Assembly (NCBI RefSeq): GCF_030028105.1
Contig: NC_092379.1
Location: 21,429,309 to 21,493,308, forward strand
Origin: Mobula birostris
Lineage: Eukaryota
Direction: 5' to 3'
Length of the DNA: 64,000 bases
Below the pieces are notes generated by a model. It ran no database searches. It worked only from the letters and a program-made list of their open reading frames with translations, and was not told the DNA's origin. Below are positions 1-12,010 of the stretch, piece after piece. The position numbers and the translations under genes were made by a program. How positions within the stretch are numbered: the stretch's first letter is position 1; each line of letters starts with the position of its first letter.

Positions 1-129
1 GAGTGACTGGAAGTTTGTGTGGAAAATAAACAATGACATGAAATAATTGGTCTGAATCTGCTCCTGTGCTGTACATTTCATTTAAGTCTGTGTCATACCA
101 GAGTCACGGGAGAGAAACAAAATCTGTTG

Positions 130-410
130 TGTTTCCTTTCCTTCACCATGTTCCTCTCCCACTCTCTTTATGTCTTCCTGGGACTTTCACTCTCCTGTTC
201 CTGCACACTCACTGCATATCCACATCGTTTCTCTCTCATTTCCTCTTTCCCCTTTCTGTCACCCTCTCATCACTTCCTCCCCATTTCATTCTTTCTCACT
301 GCATGTCTCTTATCCTCTTCCTCCTTCACTCTCTCTGTATGTTCCTCTCTCTTTATTTTCCCTTCACTTTTCTGTCCATCACCCGACCCCAAACTCTTTC
401 TCAGGAACTG
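130..410. repeat. TC-rich low-complexity tract
   Basis: Almost entirely T/C with scattered A (ctctct/ttcctc). The overlapping ORFs 66-587, 127-486 and 170-427 are compositional artefacts. Confidence 0.8.
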
Positions 411-499
411 TTGTTTCCCAGCGGTAGCAGTTGGGCCCAGACCGGTCACCTACGGTCAGGTATATCAGATCATCAGACTCAACTAGTTTCTGCCTTCAC

Positions 500-1330
500 T
501 CCCATCAGTATCAGAAGCAGGTTTAATATCACTGACATATGCTGTGAAATTTGTTGTGTTGTGGCAGCAGTACAGTGCAACAGATAAAAACCATAAATTA
601 CAATGAGATACATGTATATATAACACATGCAAATCGAGAGCAAAAATAGGAGGTAGTGTTCATAAGTTGGTTCATTCCCTGTTCAGAAATCTGATGGCAG
701 AGGGGAAGAAGCTGTTCCTGAAATGTTGAGTGTGTGTCTCCAGGCTCCTGTTCCTCCTCTCTGATGGTAGTAATAAGAGGAGAACATGTCCGGTATGATG
801 TGGGTCTTTAATGATGGATGTGGCTTTTTGAGGCATTGCCTTTTGAAGATGTCCTCAGTGCTGGGGAAGATGGTGCCTGTGATGGAGCTGGCCGAGTTTG
901 CAACTCTCTGCAGCTTTTTCTGACCCTGTGCAGTGGCCTGTCTGTACCAGACGGTGAGGCAACCACATCCAATGCTCCATAGTACATCTGTAGAAATTTG
1001 CTGGAGTATTTGGTGAAACACCAAATCATCTCAAACTCCTAATGAAATTTAACCTCTTTCTTTGTCATTTCATCAATAAGTTGGTCCCAGGATAGATCTT
1101 TAGCGATGTTGACAGCCAGGAATCTGAAGCTGCTCACCCTTTCCACTGCTGATCCCTCAATGATACCTGGTGTATGTCACCCCCGGCCCCCCGCCATGTT
1201 CCCTTCCTGAAAGCTACAATCAATTCATTACTCTGACTGGCATTGAGTTCAGGTCATCATTGTCTCACCACTCAACCAGCCAATCTGGCTCACTTCTGTA
1301 CCCCTCCTCATCACCATCTGAGATTCTGCC
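500..1330 (-). mobile_element. Rex1/Babar-type LINE 3' fragment
   Basis: Minus ORF 683-1024 (CLTVWY...KKLQRVANSASSITG...KRQCLKK) resembles the C-terminal region of the element at 62493-63095. The same 3' UTR block recurs at ~20725 and ~56265. Boundaries approximate. Confidence 0.7.
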
Positions 1331-2739
1331 AACAACAGACAAATGTGAAGATGGCATTTGAGCTGTGCTGAGCCACACAGTCATGGGCGTAGAGAGAGTA
1401 GAGTGGAGCATGTCCCATATCTCAGTTCAGAATGGGACAGAGGCAGTGGGAGCTGGAATGGGATAGCCAGCTGTGAGTGAGATTTTTATCTAACAGCAGT
1501 AAGACTAGGAAGTTTTAAACAATCTGTAATGAATACAAGCCAATAGTAGGTTGAGTCAGGTACATATGAATATACTCAGGTGTGGCGAGAAACATAAGGA
1601 GGCAAACTGCCCACAGTCATAGAGGTTGTTGTTTAGTGAGCTTGTGTTTCAAGAGAGATCTTGTTTCTGCTGTGTCAGCTGACTGACACAGATTCCATAA
1701 AGGATTAACTAATCCCAGCGGACAGAGAGGGAATGTGATACGTTCACTTTGGATGAGAGACCACTGGCAGGTTTGGGTTCTAATTAATCCTGAGGACATA
1801 TTTAAGTTAAAAGTCTCAATGTAGTGCAGTTAATGGGGAAAACAGGGATACAGAGGGGTAGATATTACACTGCTATGGAGTAGAGATCTAATGAGACCAC
1901 ATCTGGTGCACCGGCTGTGATTCTTAGCATCACCCCTCAGGAAGGATGTGTTTTCCTTGGAGACGGGTTGTGTGGACGAGGCACAGTGAAGTGCTACTGG
2001 GACTGGGATAGAATATTCAGTCTGGTCTCTTGTTCCCTGAAGTGTGGAAAATTGAAGGCCAGTGCAATTCGGGAGTTTAAAAAACATTCAAGATGGTGCA
2101 GATAACACAAAGAATCTGTTACTTCAGGATATCCAGGGCACTGGAAATCTGGAACTCTCCCTGAGAAGTGTGCAAGACTGGGGAGGTGGGGTAGGAGGTG
2201 TCAGTTGAAACTTCAAAATTAATAGAATTTTGTTTGAGTTCAATTATTAAAATATGTGGAGCCAAGGAGGGTAAATGGAGCTTGGACACAGGTCAGCTTA
2301 AGAGGGAATAGACTGGAGGGCTGAACAACCTCCTTCTGACACTCAGTGCACGGGGTAAATTTGAACAGAATCTCTGTGTGCAGCTGTTGATTTACCAGAA
2401 ACACATTTCATATTTTCATTCTTGACAGGTGGGTGAAACTGGGCAGCGATATAGGGGATATTTCCTTCTCAGTTTCCTGTAGGAGATGTGGCTTGACTTA
2501 ATCTGAACAGGGGGCCTTCCAGAGGAAATAGGCTTACTAAAGAGAATAACTTCGCTGCTCAAGGCATGGGAATATTTTTCTGATTCAGGGACCAATATCA
2601 ATAAACAATTCTTGTAGTACTGAAAAGTGGATTGACGAATGTGACTGAAACTCTGAAGGGAGAAGGAGTCCCTGCAAGCATGGAGTCATCTATCTTCTGG
2701 GAATTAACAATATAATGCTGACTTGAACCAAACTTAAAT

Positions 2740-3130
2740 ATTGTCTTCTATGGGAAGAAAACAGATGGGCTCAGATTGATGGCAATGCTTATTTACACTG
2801 CAAGTAGGAAATTTGTGCTCTGGCCCAATGCCATTATACTGATAGTTCCAACGAAACTGCTCCAGTACAGATACAACATTGATATCTGCATAAGAATGGG
2901 AAAAATTGCCCAGTATGTCCATTCTCAAGATACAGGACAAATCTAATTAGACAATAATAGCCCAATTCGTCTGCTCAATCTTCAGAAAAGTGATGGGAGC
3001 CATAGTCGACAGTGTTGGAAAGTGGCACTTACTCACCAAATAACCTCATCACCAGTGACCAGTTTAGGTTTTTATGGGACCACTTGGTTCTTCATTGATC
3101 AATCTTGTTGTCTTATATGCTGCTATCAAT
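2740..3130 (+). mobile_element. Degenerate CR1/L2-like LINE RT fragment
   Basis: Decayed coding similar to an RT N-terminus (ggaaaaattgcccagtatgtcc... ~WKIAQVCP; PIRLLN; DQF.F), with many indels. Confidence 0.45.
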
Positions 3131-4335
3131 TCCTCTGGCAACACACTCCAGATATCGACCAAAATTTTGCTTCATAAATCTCATTTATACATTTCCCCCT
3201 CACCTGAAACTGCTGGCATTTGAGGTTTCTACTCTAGAAAAAGGCTGTGACTGTCTATGCTCCTCATAAATTTACATACTTCTGTCAGTCCATCCCACAG
3301 TCTCCAAAGCTCCAGCAAAAACAGACCAAGGTTATCAAACCTCTCCTTGCAGCTAATATGCTCCAATCCAAACAACACTGAACTGAATCCATTCTTCACC
3401 CTCTCCAAAGCATCCACATCGTTCCTGTTATGCAATGACTAGAACTTTACCTGATCCAAACGTGAAATGAAAACTCAAGATATGCTGGACAATTTTGGAA
3501 GGGATCCTATATGATCTGAGAATTCAGCAGAGGCTCTCCCTGTGGATGCTATCAGAAGCCTTTTCAAAGTCCATGAAATTGATGTATCGTTGTCTCTGCC
3601 ACTCTGTGCACTGCTCTGTGATGTTGCATAGCATGAAGATCTGGTTGACAGAGCCTCTCTTCTTCCTGAAGCCAACTTGCTCCTTCTTCAAGCACTCATG
3701 CTGAGAACCACTGGGACCAGAGCACATGTACAAAGACGTCTTGATGTTGAGAAGTTCAAGGACACCAGTGTGAGACCTGTTGTCATCATTCAACTTAAAG
3801 AACAGATTTCAGGCCTTGGCGAGGATGTGTCAGTGTACAAGATCAACACGATGTGGAAACAGATTGTGTCAGTGTTCAAGGAGATCAGCGAGGCTTGTCT
3901 ACATTACAGAGCTGGAAAGAAAAACAAAGAATGCATACAGCAGGAAACATGGGACAGCCTTAGAAGAAAGATAAAAAATCAGGATGAAAGTGTTCGATGC
4001 AAAGTCAACACAAATTAAGGTGAAACTTCAACTGGCATTCACTGAAGCTAGCAAGAATGTGAAGAGCTTTTAAGAATGGATAAAAGAGTCTACATGGAAG
4101 ACCTTGCATGCTGGCCACAGCAGCAGCCAATTGACGTGATCAGGAAAATATATACACAATTTCAAAATTGGTATGTGGAAAGTTCCAAGCCAGACCTAGT
4201 AGCCCCATGAGAGTTAAGAACTGTCTACTTTTGACAAATGCACGAAGAATGACGGACAGGGCATTTCAGAGATTTACTGAATAGACGCAGAGGACCTTGA
4301 TATCAACGCAGTTCCACTCAAGAAGGAAGAGATTG

Positions 4336-5193
4336 TGTGACAAGAATCCACGTAGATTAAGATGTTCGCTGTCCTGTGTGATCAGCAGTTGGTCTGCCAC
4401 CTGTCTTCAGGAGAGAGAGAGATAAGGAAAACAATGGAGCAGCATTTGGAGATGTGTAATGAAGGGGAAGGAGAGCTGTCAAGAGCGGCTCCCCCTTTGA
4501 ACCCTGAACTGTTTGAAGTGATGGACAGACGACACCCCAGCAGGGGGATAAAAAGGGACAGGTTCGCTAAGGCAGGACACACACGACACCCGAGATAACG
4601 AGACCCTGGAAGTGGTGCGCCTCTCAGAAGTCGGTGGGAAGCTTTTGGACGGCTGATCGCGGGATCAGGCCTTAGACGCTCAGGGTGGAAAGACACGATC
4701 GGCGGGAACCTGGTGTGTGTCCACCCTTGCCTGGGTGCCAGGTTCAATGCAGGGAAACGATCGTATCTGGAAACGGAAGGGTCACGGTTGGTGACCTCAG
4801 ATGACATCACAGAGGACTCGCCCGAAAGCTGACTGCAAAGGTCTGTGTGGAAGCTGTGTTGGATATTCATTCGTTTTGTTCTCTCTCCTTCCACCCCACT
4901 GTCCATCGCCATGGCAACAATTACTGCGAACTGAACTAAATTGAACTGAACTTTGTGTCACTTTGAAACTGGTCATTTACCCCTAGACAACGATAGAGCT
5001 TGATTGATCCTGTTATCCTAATTCTGTGTACATGTATGTTTATCATTGCTGAACTGTTGCATTTATTATCCTTTTGATTGGAGTACTGTGTTGCTTGTTT
5101 CTTTAATAAAACTTTCTTAGTTCTAGTAATCCAGACTCCAACTGAGTGATCCATTTCTGCTGGTTTGGCAACCCAGTTACGGGGTACGTAACA
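4336..5193 (+). repeat. 5' LTR (858 bp)
   Basis: Starts TGTGACAAGAAT, ends GGTACGTAACA; direct repeat of 8317-8801. Confidence 0.92.
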
Positions 5194-5197
5194 TAAG

Positions 5198-5216
5198 TGG
5201 GGTTCTCGTCCGCGAT
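5198..5216 (+). other. Primer-binding site, tRNA-Pro-like
   Basis: TGGGGTTCTCGTCCGCGAT, 4 nt after the 5' LTR; near match to the tRNA-Pro PBS TGGGGGCTCGTCCGGGAT. Confidence 0.75.
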
Positions 5217-5292
5217 TTTGAACGCTAAATTTGGGACGGAGTAAATTGATTGGGTCAAAATTCCCGAAAGAAAGAAAAGACAAACAGCAGAA

Positions 5293-7197
5293 ATGGAGGC
5301 TGAGGAATTTATAAAGGCGCCGACCTTGGAGGCATTAGAGGATGCCAGGAAATCGGAATTGGTAGCTGTGGCCAAACTGTTGAATCTTGCTAAGGGGAAG
5401 TTGACAATGAGGAGAGAGGAGATACACAGAGCTATCATAGAGCACTATGCATCTAAAGGTGTGTTTCCCCAAGGCGAGCTGGGGGTGGTGTCTATTGAAA
5501 AACCTGCCGGAGACGCGGTACAGGTACAGCTTGAAAAACTGAGACTCGAGCACGAGTTCCGGGTACGACATTTAGAACATGAAGAGAAGCAGCAAGAAAG
5601 GCGGGAGGAAGAGAGAGAGTTAGAAAGGCAGGAGAAAGAGAGAGAGTTAGAAAGGCAAGAGAGAGAGTTAGAAAGGCCAGAGAGAAAGAGGGAGAAACAG
5701 TTGGAGAGAGAAGAGAAAGAGAGGCAATGGGAGCGAGAAGAGAGAGAGAGGCAGAGGGAATGGGAATTTGAGCTGGAGAAGTTAAAGATAAGGGCCGAGC
5801 AGGGGCTCGTGCCGAACCAAGGTGGAGGGTTCCGGGTGACCCAGGAGGTTAGGCTGGAATGGCCGAGGGATAAGTGGGTTGTTTTGCTTCAAAGTGTACT
5901 GAAAGGGAAAGCCCAACAAGCTTACTCAGCTTTGTCAGCGGAAGATGCCCAGAGGTATGAGGTGGTGAAAGAGGCCATCCTCAGGATTTATGAGTTGATC
6001 CCGGAGGCATACCGGCAGAGGTTCTGGAATGTGAGGAAGCAGTGGGACAGCACGGATTTAGAGTTTGCCCGTGAGATGCAGACATATTGTGAGCGTTGGT
6101 GCGCCTCGAAGGGGGTAGATGGGGATTATGACAGACTGCTACAGCGGATCCTGATTGAGCAGTTTAAAGGTTGTGTCCCTGAGGGTATGAGACCCTACCT
6201 AGATGAGAAAGAGGCAGCCACGTTAGCCGCAACTGCTAAGTTAGCGGATGAGTATGCGTCGACGCATAAAATGAAGTTTGCCCCGAGTAAAGGCTACCTG
6301 AAGGGTAGTCAGGACGGTGGGGAGAGTCCGCCGGAAAAGTCAGAAAGTAAGCCGGGGACTAGTGAGAAGGATAAGGTAGATTGGGAGCAGTCTGGCAGGA
6401 AGTCTCCTGGGGTCGTCTGTTATAATTATGGGAAAGCCGGACACTTTGTGTCCAGGTGCTTTGCCCCAAAGAAGGAGACGGGAAAAGGAAAAACAGCAAT
6501 TTTGACTGGCTGTATCGAGCTGGTAAACGAACCGCTAAGGAAGGACAGGTCTGCCAACGTTCAGGAAGGGCGCGAGAGGTTTATCTCGGCCGGATTGGTG
6601 TTGGCAAAGGAGGGGTTAAAACCAGTTTCAGTGCGGATCTGGAGAGACACGGGAGCGTGTCAGCCACTAATACTGAAGAGTGTATTAGAGTTTAGCTCAG
6701 AGACCCAGACTGGGGAGGTAAAGGTCCAAGGTGTTGGGGAAGGGACAGAGTCAGTCCCTTTGCACCAGGTACACTTACAAAGCAACCTGGTCTCTGGACT
6801 AGTCACAATCGGGGTGAGGTCCAAATTACCGATGAAAGGCGTGGAAGTCTTGCTTGGTAATGACGTCGCCGGGGGAATCGTGTTCCCAGTCGTGACATTG
6901 ACAGGTCAGCCTGCCAGCATTGAGGCCCCGCCCATGGACTCACAGGTTCATCACAGGACCGCGGTAGTGAATTTAGCTGAGACGTTTCTGCCAGCCTTGT
7001 ACGAGAAGGGGGTAGAAAGTGAAAAGAAGGGGTGTAGTGAGGCAAGAGGTAGTGAGGGAGCTGGGACGGACGTAACATTAGCCAGGAAAGAATTTGTGCA
7101 GACACAGGAGCGAGACGAGGGGCTGATGGTTTTGGTGGAGGAGGAAGTGCTAAGGAAGAAAGGGAGACCAAGTACCGTACCTGCAGATGCGGAATGA
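5293..7197 (+). CDS. Gag (coiled coil, SCAN-like capsid C-terminal domain, degenerate zinc knuckle) fused to aspartic protease
   Basis: 634-aa ORF: EAYRQRF...ERW...RILIEQF...LADEY (SCAN-like); CYNYGKAGHFVSRC (CCHC knuckle with second Cys changed to Tyr); RDTGA protease motif and LLGND. Confidence 0.8.
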   Translation: MEAEEFIKAPTLEALEDARKSELVAVAKLLNLAKGKLTMRREEIHRAIIEHYASKGVFPQGELGVVSIEKPAGDAVQVQLEKLRLEHEFRVRHLEHEEKQQERREEERELERQEKERELERQERELERPERKREKQLEREEKERQWEREERERQREWEFELEKLKIRAEQGLVPNQGGGFRVTQEVRLEWPRDKWVVLLQSVLKGKAQQAYSALSAEDAQRYEVVKEAILRIYELIPEAYRQRFWNVRKQWDSTDLEFAREMQTYCERWCASKGVDGDYDRLLQRILIEQFKGCVPEGMRPYLDEKEAATLAATAKLADEYASTHKMKFAPSKGYLKGSQDGGESPPEKSESKPGTSEKDKVDWEQSGRKSPGVVCYNYGKAGHFVSRCFAPKKETGKGKTAILTGCIELVNEPLRKDRSANVQEGRERFISAGLVLAKEGLKPVSVRIWRDTGACQPLILKSVLEFSSETQTGEVKVQGVGEGTESVPLHQVHLQSNLVSGLVTIGVRSKLPMKGVEVLLGNDVAGGIVFPVVTLTGQPASIEAPPMDSQVHHRTAVVNLAETFLPALYEKGVESEKKGCSEARGSEGAGTDVTLARKEFVQTQERDEGLMVLVEEEVLRKKGRPSTVPADAE

Positions 7198-7200
7198 GGG

Positions 7201-8190
7201 GTGGTGCAAAAGAGTTATGGGGATGAGGTTTTTAACCTGGCCCACAAGGTACCCCCCGGTGGACATTTTGCGGTACTGGAGGGAACAGTTGGTGGAATCA
7301 TGAAAGAGGTTTACCGACTGCCCAGGGGGAAGGATGTTATTGATTATGACCGACGCAAACTGAGACGGTCACAGGCTTTTGATATGCTAACAAACCTAGT
7401 CCATGTTAGCGCGGAAATCAATGAACCTAGGGACCCCCCGATAAGAGAAAAAAACCATTTTGAAAAGATGAGTATGGTATCCACCAGATGGGAGAAGGCT
7501 ATTGTTTTGGCTAGGTCTGCTGATAAGGTCTCTCCCTTAATCCCCGAACAAAGCGACTCTTTAGGAGAAGTAATTAAACGACTCGCACCCGTGTGTTTGA
7601 TTGTCCCGAGGCGATGCAAAGAACTGGGACGTTGGGTGGTGTATGTTAGGTCAGCCTAGCAAGCAACAACCATATAGAATGAGTAATTCAGTGACTAAAG
7701 GGCTGACGAACACAGAGGTGTGTATTGGCAATTTAATACAGCTGTCTGAAGCCAGCTTGAGAGTGAACCTTGAAAAAAATGAGTTCGGCCACACGAAGGT
7801 CACTTACCTGGGAATTGTGGTGACACAGGGGCAGCTGGCAGCGATACAAGCTACAGTGCAGGCTATCGCTGACCTCCAAACCCCGACAGACAAGAAGGCC
7901 CTCAGGAGGCTCTTGGAGATGGTGGGGTACTGTAGGAAGTTTTGCAATAACTCTGTGGTCACTACCCCTCCCCCTCCCACTAAGCCCTTGCGAGAGAAAA
8001 CTAAGTCGGAATGGGACGACCCTTGTTATTGTGGCCCGGGACAAAACCAAATGAGAGGTTACATTGATCGCAATTCATCAGTGTTTTTGGCCACTATGAA
8101 GTTTGCTAAATTGGAGCCTGGTCTAAGGGATTATTAATAACACGTATGAAAGGAACAGAAAATGTGATGGCTGACTGTCTGTCAGGTGTT
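7201..8190 (+). pseudogene. Deleted pol remnants (integrase ZnF, RT, RNase H end)
   Basis: FNLAHKVPPGGHF (IN HH motif), then QQPYR, LRVNLEKNEFGHTKVTYLG...KKALRRLLEMVGYCRKF (RT), then KGTENVMADCLS (RNase H end, ~8148-8183). No catalytic YxDD or DDE seen. Confidence 0.75.
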
Positions 8191-8304
8191 GACAACTTCA
8201 AACTCGCTGTATTAGCCAAATAGCTGATAAAGATGTATATTTGTGTGTGTATCAAATAATGTATTCATGTTTGTAATTTTTACCCCCCCCCGGTAAAAAT
8301 CCTT

Positions 8305-8316
8305 AAAGGGGGGAAG
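8305..8316 (+). other. Polypurine tract
   Basis: AAAGGGGGGAAG immediately 5' of the 3' LTR. Confidence 0.85.
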
Positions 8317-8801
8317 TGTGACAAGAATACACATAGATTAAGATGTTCGCTGTCCTGTGTGATCAGCAGTTGGTCTGCTACCTGTCTTCAGGAGAGAGAG
8401 AGAGACATCACAAAGGACTCGCCCGAAAGCTGACTGCGAAGGTCTGTGTGGAAGCTGTGTTGAATATTCATTCATTTTGCTCTCTCTCCCCGCCCCCCCC
8501 CCACCACTGTCCATCGCCATGGCAAAGGTTACTGCAAACTGAACTAAATTGAACTGGACTTTGTGTCACTTTGAAACTGGTCATTTACCCCTAGACAACG
8601 ATAGAGCTTGATTGATCCTGTTATCTTAATTCTGTGCACAGGTGTGTTTATCATTGCTGAACTGTTGCATTTATTATCCTTTTGATTAGAGTACTGTGTT
8701 GCTTGTTTCTTTAATAAAACTTTCTTAGTCCTAGTAATCCAGACTCCAACTGAGTGATCCATTTCTGCTGGTTTGGCAACCCAGTTACGGGGTACATAAC
8801 A
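8317..8801 (+). repeat. 3' LTR (485 bp, internal deletion)
   Basis: Same termini as the 5' LTR but lacks ~380 bp (equivalent to ~4420-4800). Confidence 0.92.
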
Positions 8802-11557
8802 ATTGTTACTGTGATTAAATCGTTAAGAAACAGCAAAGCTCCAGAACATGACAATTTGAAAGCCAAACTGTTCAAAGCGGAACAAAAAGTTGCAGCAGTC
8901 TGTCAGTACCTCCAATTGAACTTGGTCTTTTTGTGTGTTTTCCCCCTCGCCATCAGTCTGTGCTTTTGTATTGCCATGTGCTCTTGTTTGTTTTCATGCC
9001 CCATGTGCTCCAGTCCCGATTCTGGTTTTTGGATTTCTCTGGAATTTTTGATCTCTGCCTGAACTTTGATGCCGACCTTGTTGCCCCTCTGGATTTGCTA
9101 CTTAGTAAATATCACAGTGTGCACAGTACTTGGTCTGCGACTGGGTTCCTGCAACCTTTGTTTACAACAATCTGTGAATGGGGACAAGTGTCCAAGGACT
9201 GGACAAAGGGAGTTAGGATCCCCAAGAAAGGAGCACTAAGTGATTGCAACAATTGATGTGGCACCACTCATTTGTCTCACCAAAGTCATTGTCCAATGGA
9301 TTACAGATGGTGGTGGTGATTACTCCCTGTATCTGCTCCTCTCTTCACCTTTACATCCTGCAAGCATTGTCTCCATGTACCATTGATCATCAAATGGTCA
9401 ATCTGGATCTTGTCATGTCCACTGGGTGAGCACCATGTCAGTTTGTGGATTTCGTGGTCCGGAAAGAGGGTTCCTCCTGTGACCAGATAGCTCATGGCAC
9501 AGAATTCCACCAGTCTTTCACCATTGTTATTGATCGTTCTACATCCCTATGTACCCATAACCCTAGTGAAGTGTGAGTTGTATTTTCCACTTTGCCATTT
9601 AGATCTCCCATGATGATGATTATGTCATGGCGTGATGTTAACTCTATCTCTGCTGTTTGTAGAAGATGCCCTTTTCTTCAATATCACTCTTGTTATTTGG
9701 AGCACAGTACTGGATCACAGTCATGTTCACTTGCTTCACTCTCAGCCTGACTCTCACCAGCCGACTGTTCAATGGTTTTCACTCCAGTGGGGACTTATCA
9801 ATGCCTTTCTTCAAAATGACAGCTACACCATCATGATGCTGACCATCTTGTCTTCCTGCATAGAAAATAGTTTCACCAGTTGCTGCTTTTCATCTGCCAA
9901 ACTCTGTCGAACTACTTTCACTGATGCCAGTGTATGTTGCCTGTAATGACACATTACTGTGGTTGTTTGTGTGAACTTGCCAGTGTTGTACATGGTTTGC
10001 CAATTGCAAAAAACATTTTTGGTCATGATATTGGCAAAGTTCATGGCTCCCTTCACCATGCCTGTAGCTTCCTCTCAGTTTTCACTCCTGTCAGCCATGC
10101 AAGTCCCGGGTGGTGACTAGTGAATACCATCACATTCAGATGTAGAAGGATTCTTCATTGCCGTTTCCGTAACTGTGAAGACAGTCCTTGACAAGGTTGG
10201 TTTGCTGGAGTATCTGAAGTAAAGATCAAGACACTGTATCAAACTGGATCGAAAACTGAGCACAAAACAAATGCTAAACGATATCATGAGTAGGGCTTAT
10301 GATTGAGCACCCAACATCAGTTCAGGTATTCTTTAAATATACAATTCTTGGGACCCAAGTTATGATTTCCAATTAGTGGGATCATCCTGAACCCGTAAAG
10401 GGACTGCAACTAGGTATCTGTACTCCAGAGAGTTAGACAGTCTGAATCCCGGAAGCTGGCGTGGTTGGGAGCATCTCATAACAATCACAATTTTTTATTT
10501 TGACTAGTCAGGTTCACTAACCCTGACCTGAAAATCTGAACCTGGATCTCTTTTAGTCTGGCCTCTACCTTTTGACCTGCTTGGCATGGGTGACCCTATC
10601 TGGAGCTAAAGCACAAGGCCCTGACTCAAGCCAACATAGATCTCTGGATCACTGAGGCTTTCAAGCCTCCAAACCCGAGAACAAGGCTGTGGTCCTCTTG
10701 GAGAAAAAAAAAGATTCACCATTTTGATTGGTGCCATGGTGAGGTTGTTGTGTCAGGTTGACATAAAAGGTTTGGAAAGTTCTCCACTATCTGTCCCAAC
10801 ATTGATGCCTCAGTCAGCATCACAGAATATCTGATCTGTTGGTACTTCATTGCTGTTTCAGAGAGGTTGCTCTGTGTAACTTGGGTCCCACCTTCCCTCC
10901 GTCACAACAGAGACTCCACTTCAAAAGGTACTTCATTGTTTGCAGAAACCGCCCTGGTTTGCCATGGTGTCATGAAAGCTGCTGAGTGATGACAATTCAC
11001 CTGGAGAGAGGGGTGCTGTGGCTTACTGAGTCATTCAATCAGCCCGCTTTATACTTTACCCAGGATGCAAAATTTGGGACACACAGTATTCCCATCACCA
11101 GGGTGCGTGATCAAAATTACCCACCTTGCTGATCTGCATCCTGTATGCCCTCCCCACCACCACCCCCCCCATCAGTCTCCTTTCAATACAGACCGTTCAG
11201 CCGCACTTGTCTGCCAATCTACTGGGGAGCATCCTGTTACCAGCAACAATGACTTCTGTTGAGTGGCTTCAGCTCCCGAGTTCCCTGCATCAAACACCCT
11301 GTTTCTCTCACCGGCTGAAACAGGTCAAAGAGATTTTGTGGGGAGAACTGCTGAGGACTTGGCAGTTCATGGTGCCTGGTCCCTGAAAGAGAAAATATCT
11401 TAAAAGTGTAAATTCCACCCATTTCCACCAGGAATCTCCGTTTAACATTGATTCTAGTGGAGTGGGTGCAGTAAGAAGATTGTGTGGTAACTCTTTTTGT
11501 TGTTAAATACATTTTCCTGCAAAGACGGTCTCACACAGTGTCTCTAAGGAGAATAAC

Positions 11558-11745
11558 TGTCCACTGACTGGTGTCTCTCCGTCCCTGTCCACTGACCAGT
11601 GTTTCTCAGTCCCTGTCTCTAGGGGGGTGGGGGGGTGGTATCTGTGCACTGACTGGTGTCTCTCAGTCCCTGTCTCTCTGGGGGATACCTGTCCATTGAC
11701 TGGTGTCTCTCGGTCATATCTGCCCACTGACAAATTGTGTCTCAT
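11558..11745. repeat. Degenerate tandem repeat upstream of the VH promoter
   Basis: About five imperfect copies of CTGTCCACTGACTGGTGTCTCTCAGTCC with variable spacers. Confidence 0.7.
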
Positions 11746-12002
11746 TCTCTCTCGCTGAGATTCTGTGTGTCTCAGTTTACACAAACTGTTCATCGCTGAA
11801 ATTGATGGATCGAGCAGAGTGTGACAGATCTTTAATCCGGATCTGGTCACGGCCGCTGACCTGCCGCCTGTTGCAGAGACAAACATCTTTTGGGGAATTG
11901 AAATCGCTGCTGTGGGTGGGGACAGGAAGCCGCGCCTCTGGTTTCAGTGTGTGAGAGCCTGTTCAAACCGCGGCTCCCTCTCTCACTCACAGCCCACGTT
12001 CC

Positions 12003-12010
12003 TATTTAAA
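12003..12010 (+). promoter_or_regulatory. Putative TATA box of the VH promoter
   Basis: TATTTAAA about 90 nt upstream of the leader ATG; position-based inference only. Confidence 0.55.

Larger units (their letters stand above)
4336..8801 (+). mobile_element. Gmr1-like Ty3/Gypsy LTR retrotransposon, internally deleted
   Basis: Paired TG...CA LTRs, 4-bp TSD ATTG (4332-4335 and 8802-8805), PBS, PPT, gag-protease ORF, and an integrase Zn-finger remnant located before the RT/RNaseH remnants. Confidence 0.9.
3470..10700 (-). mobile_element. RTE-clade LINE, internally inverted and interrupted by an LTR element
   Basis: RTE-like 5' UTR (- strand ~10550-10700), EN motifs (- strand: HDKIQIDHLMINGTWRQCLQDVKVKRGADTGSNHH), linker/RT start on + strand (3695-4335, 8802-8905, 9148-9310: KAPEHDNL, DWTKG..IPKKGALSDCNN) and RT motif on - strand (EQVGFR...YINFMDFEKASDSIHRESL, 3524-3690). 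Confidence 0.8.

Noticed and set aside
627-634. Perfect octamer ATGCAAAT
   Set aside because: It lies inside a LINE 3' UTR 11.5 kb from the promoter; chance occurrence.
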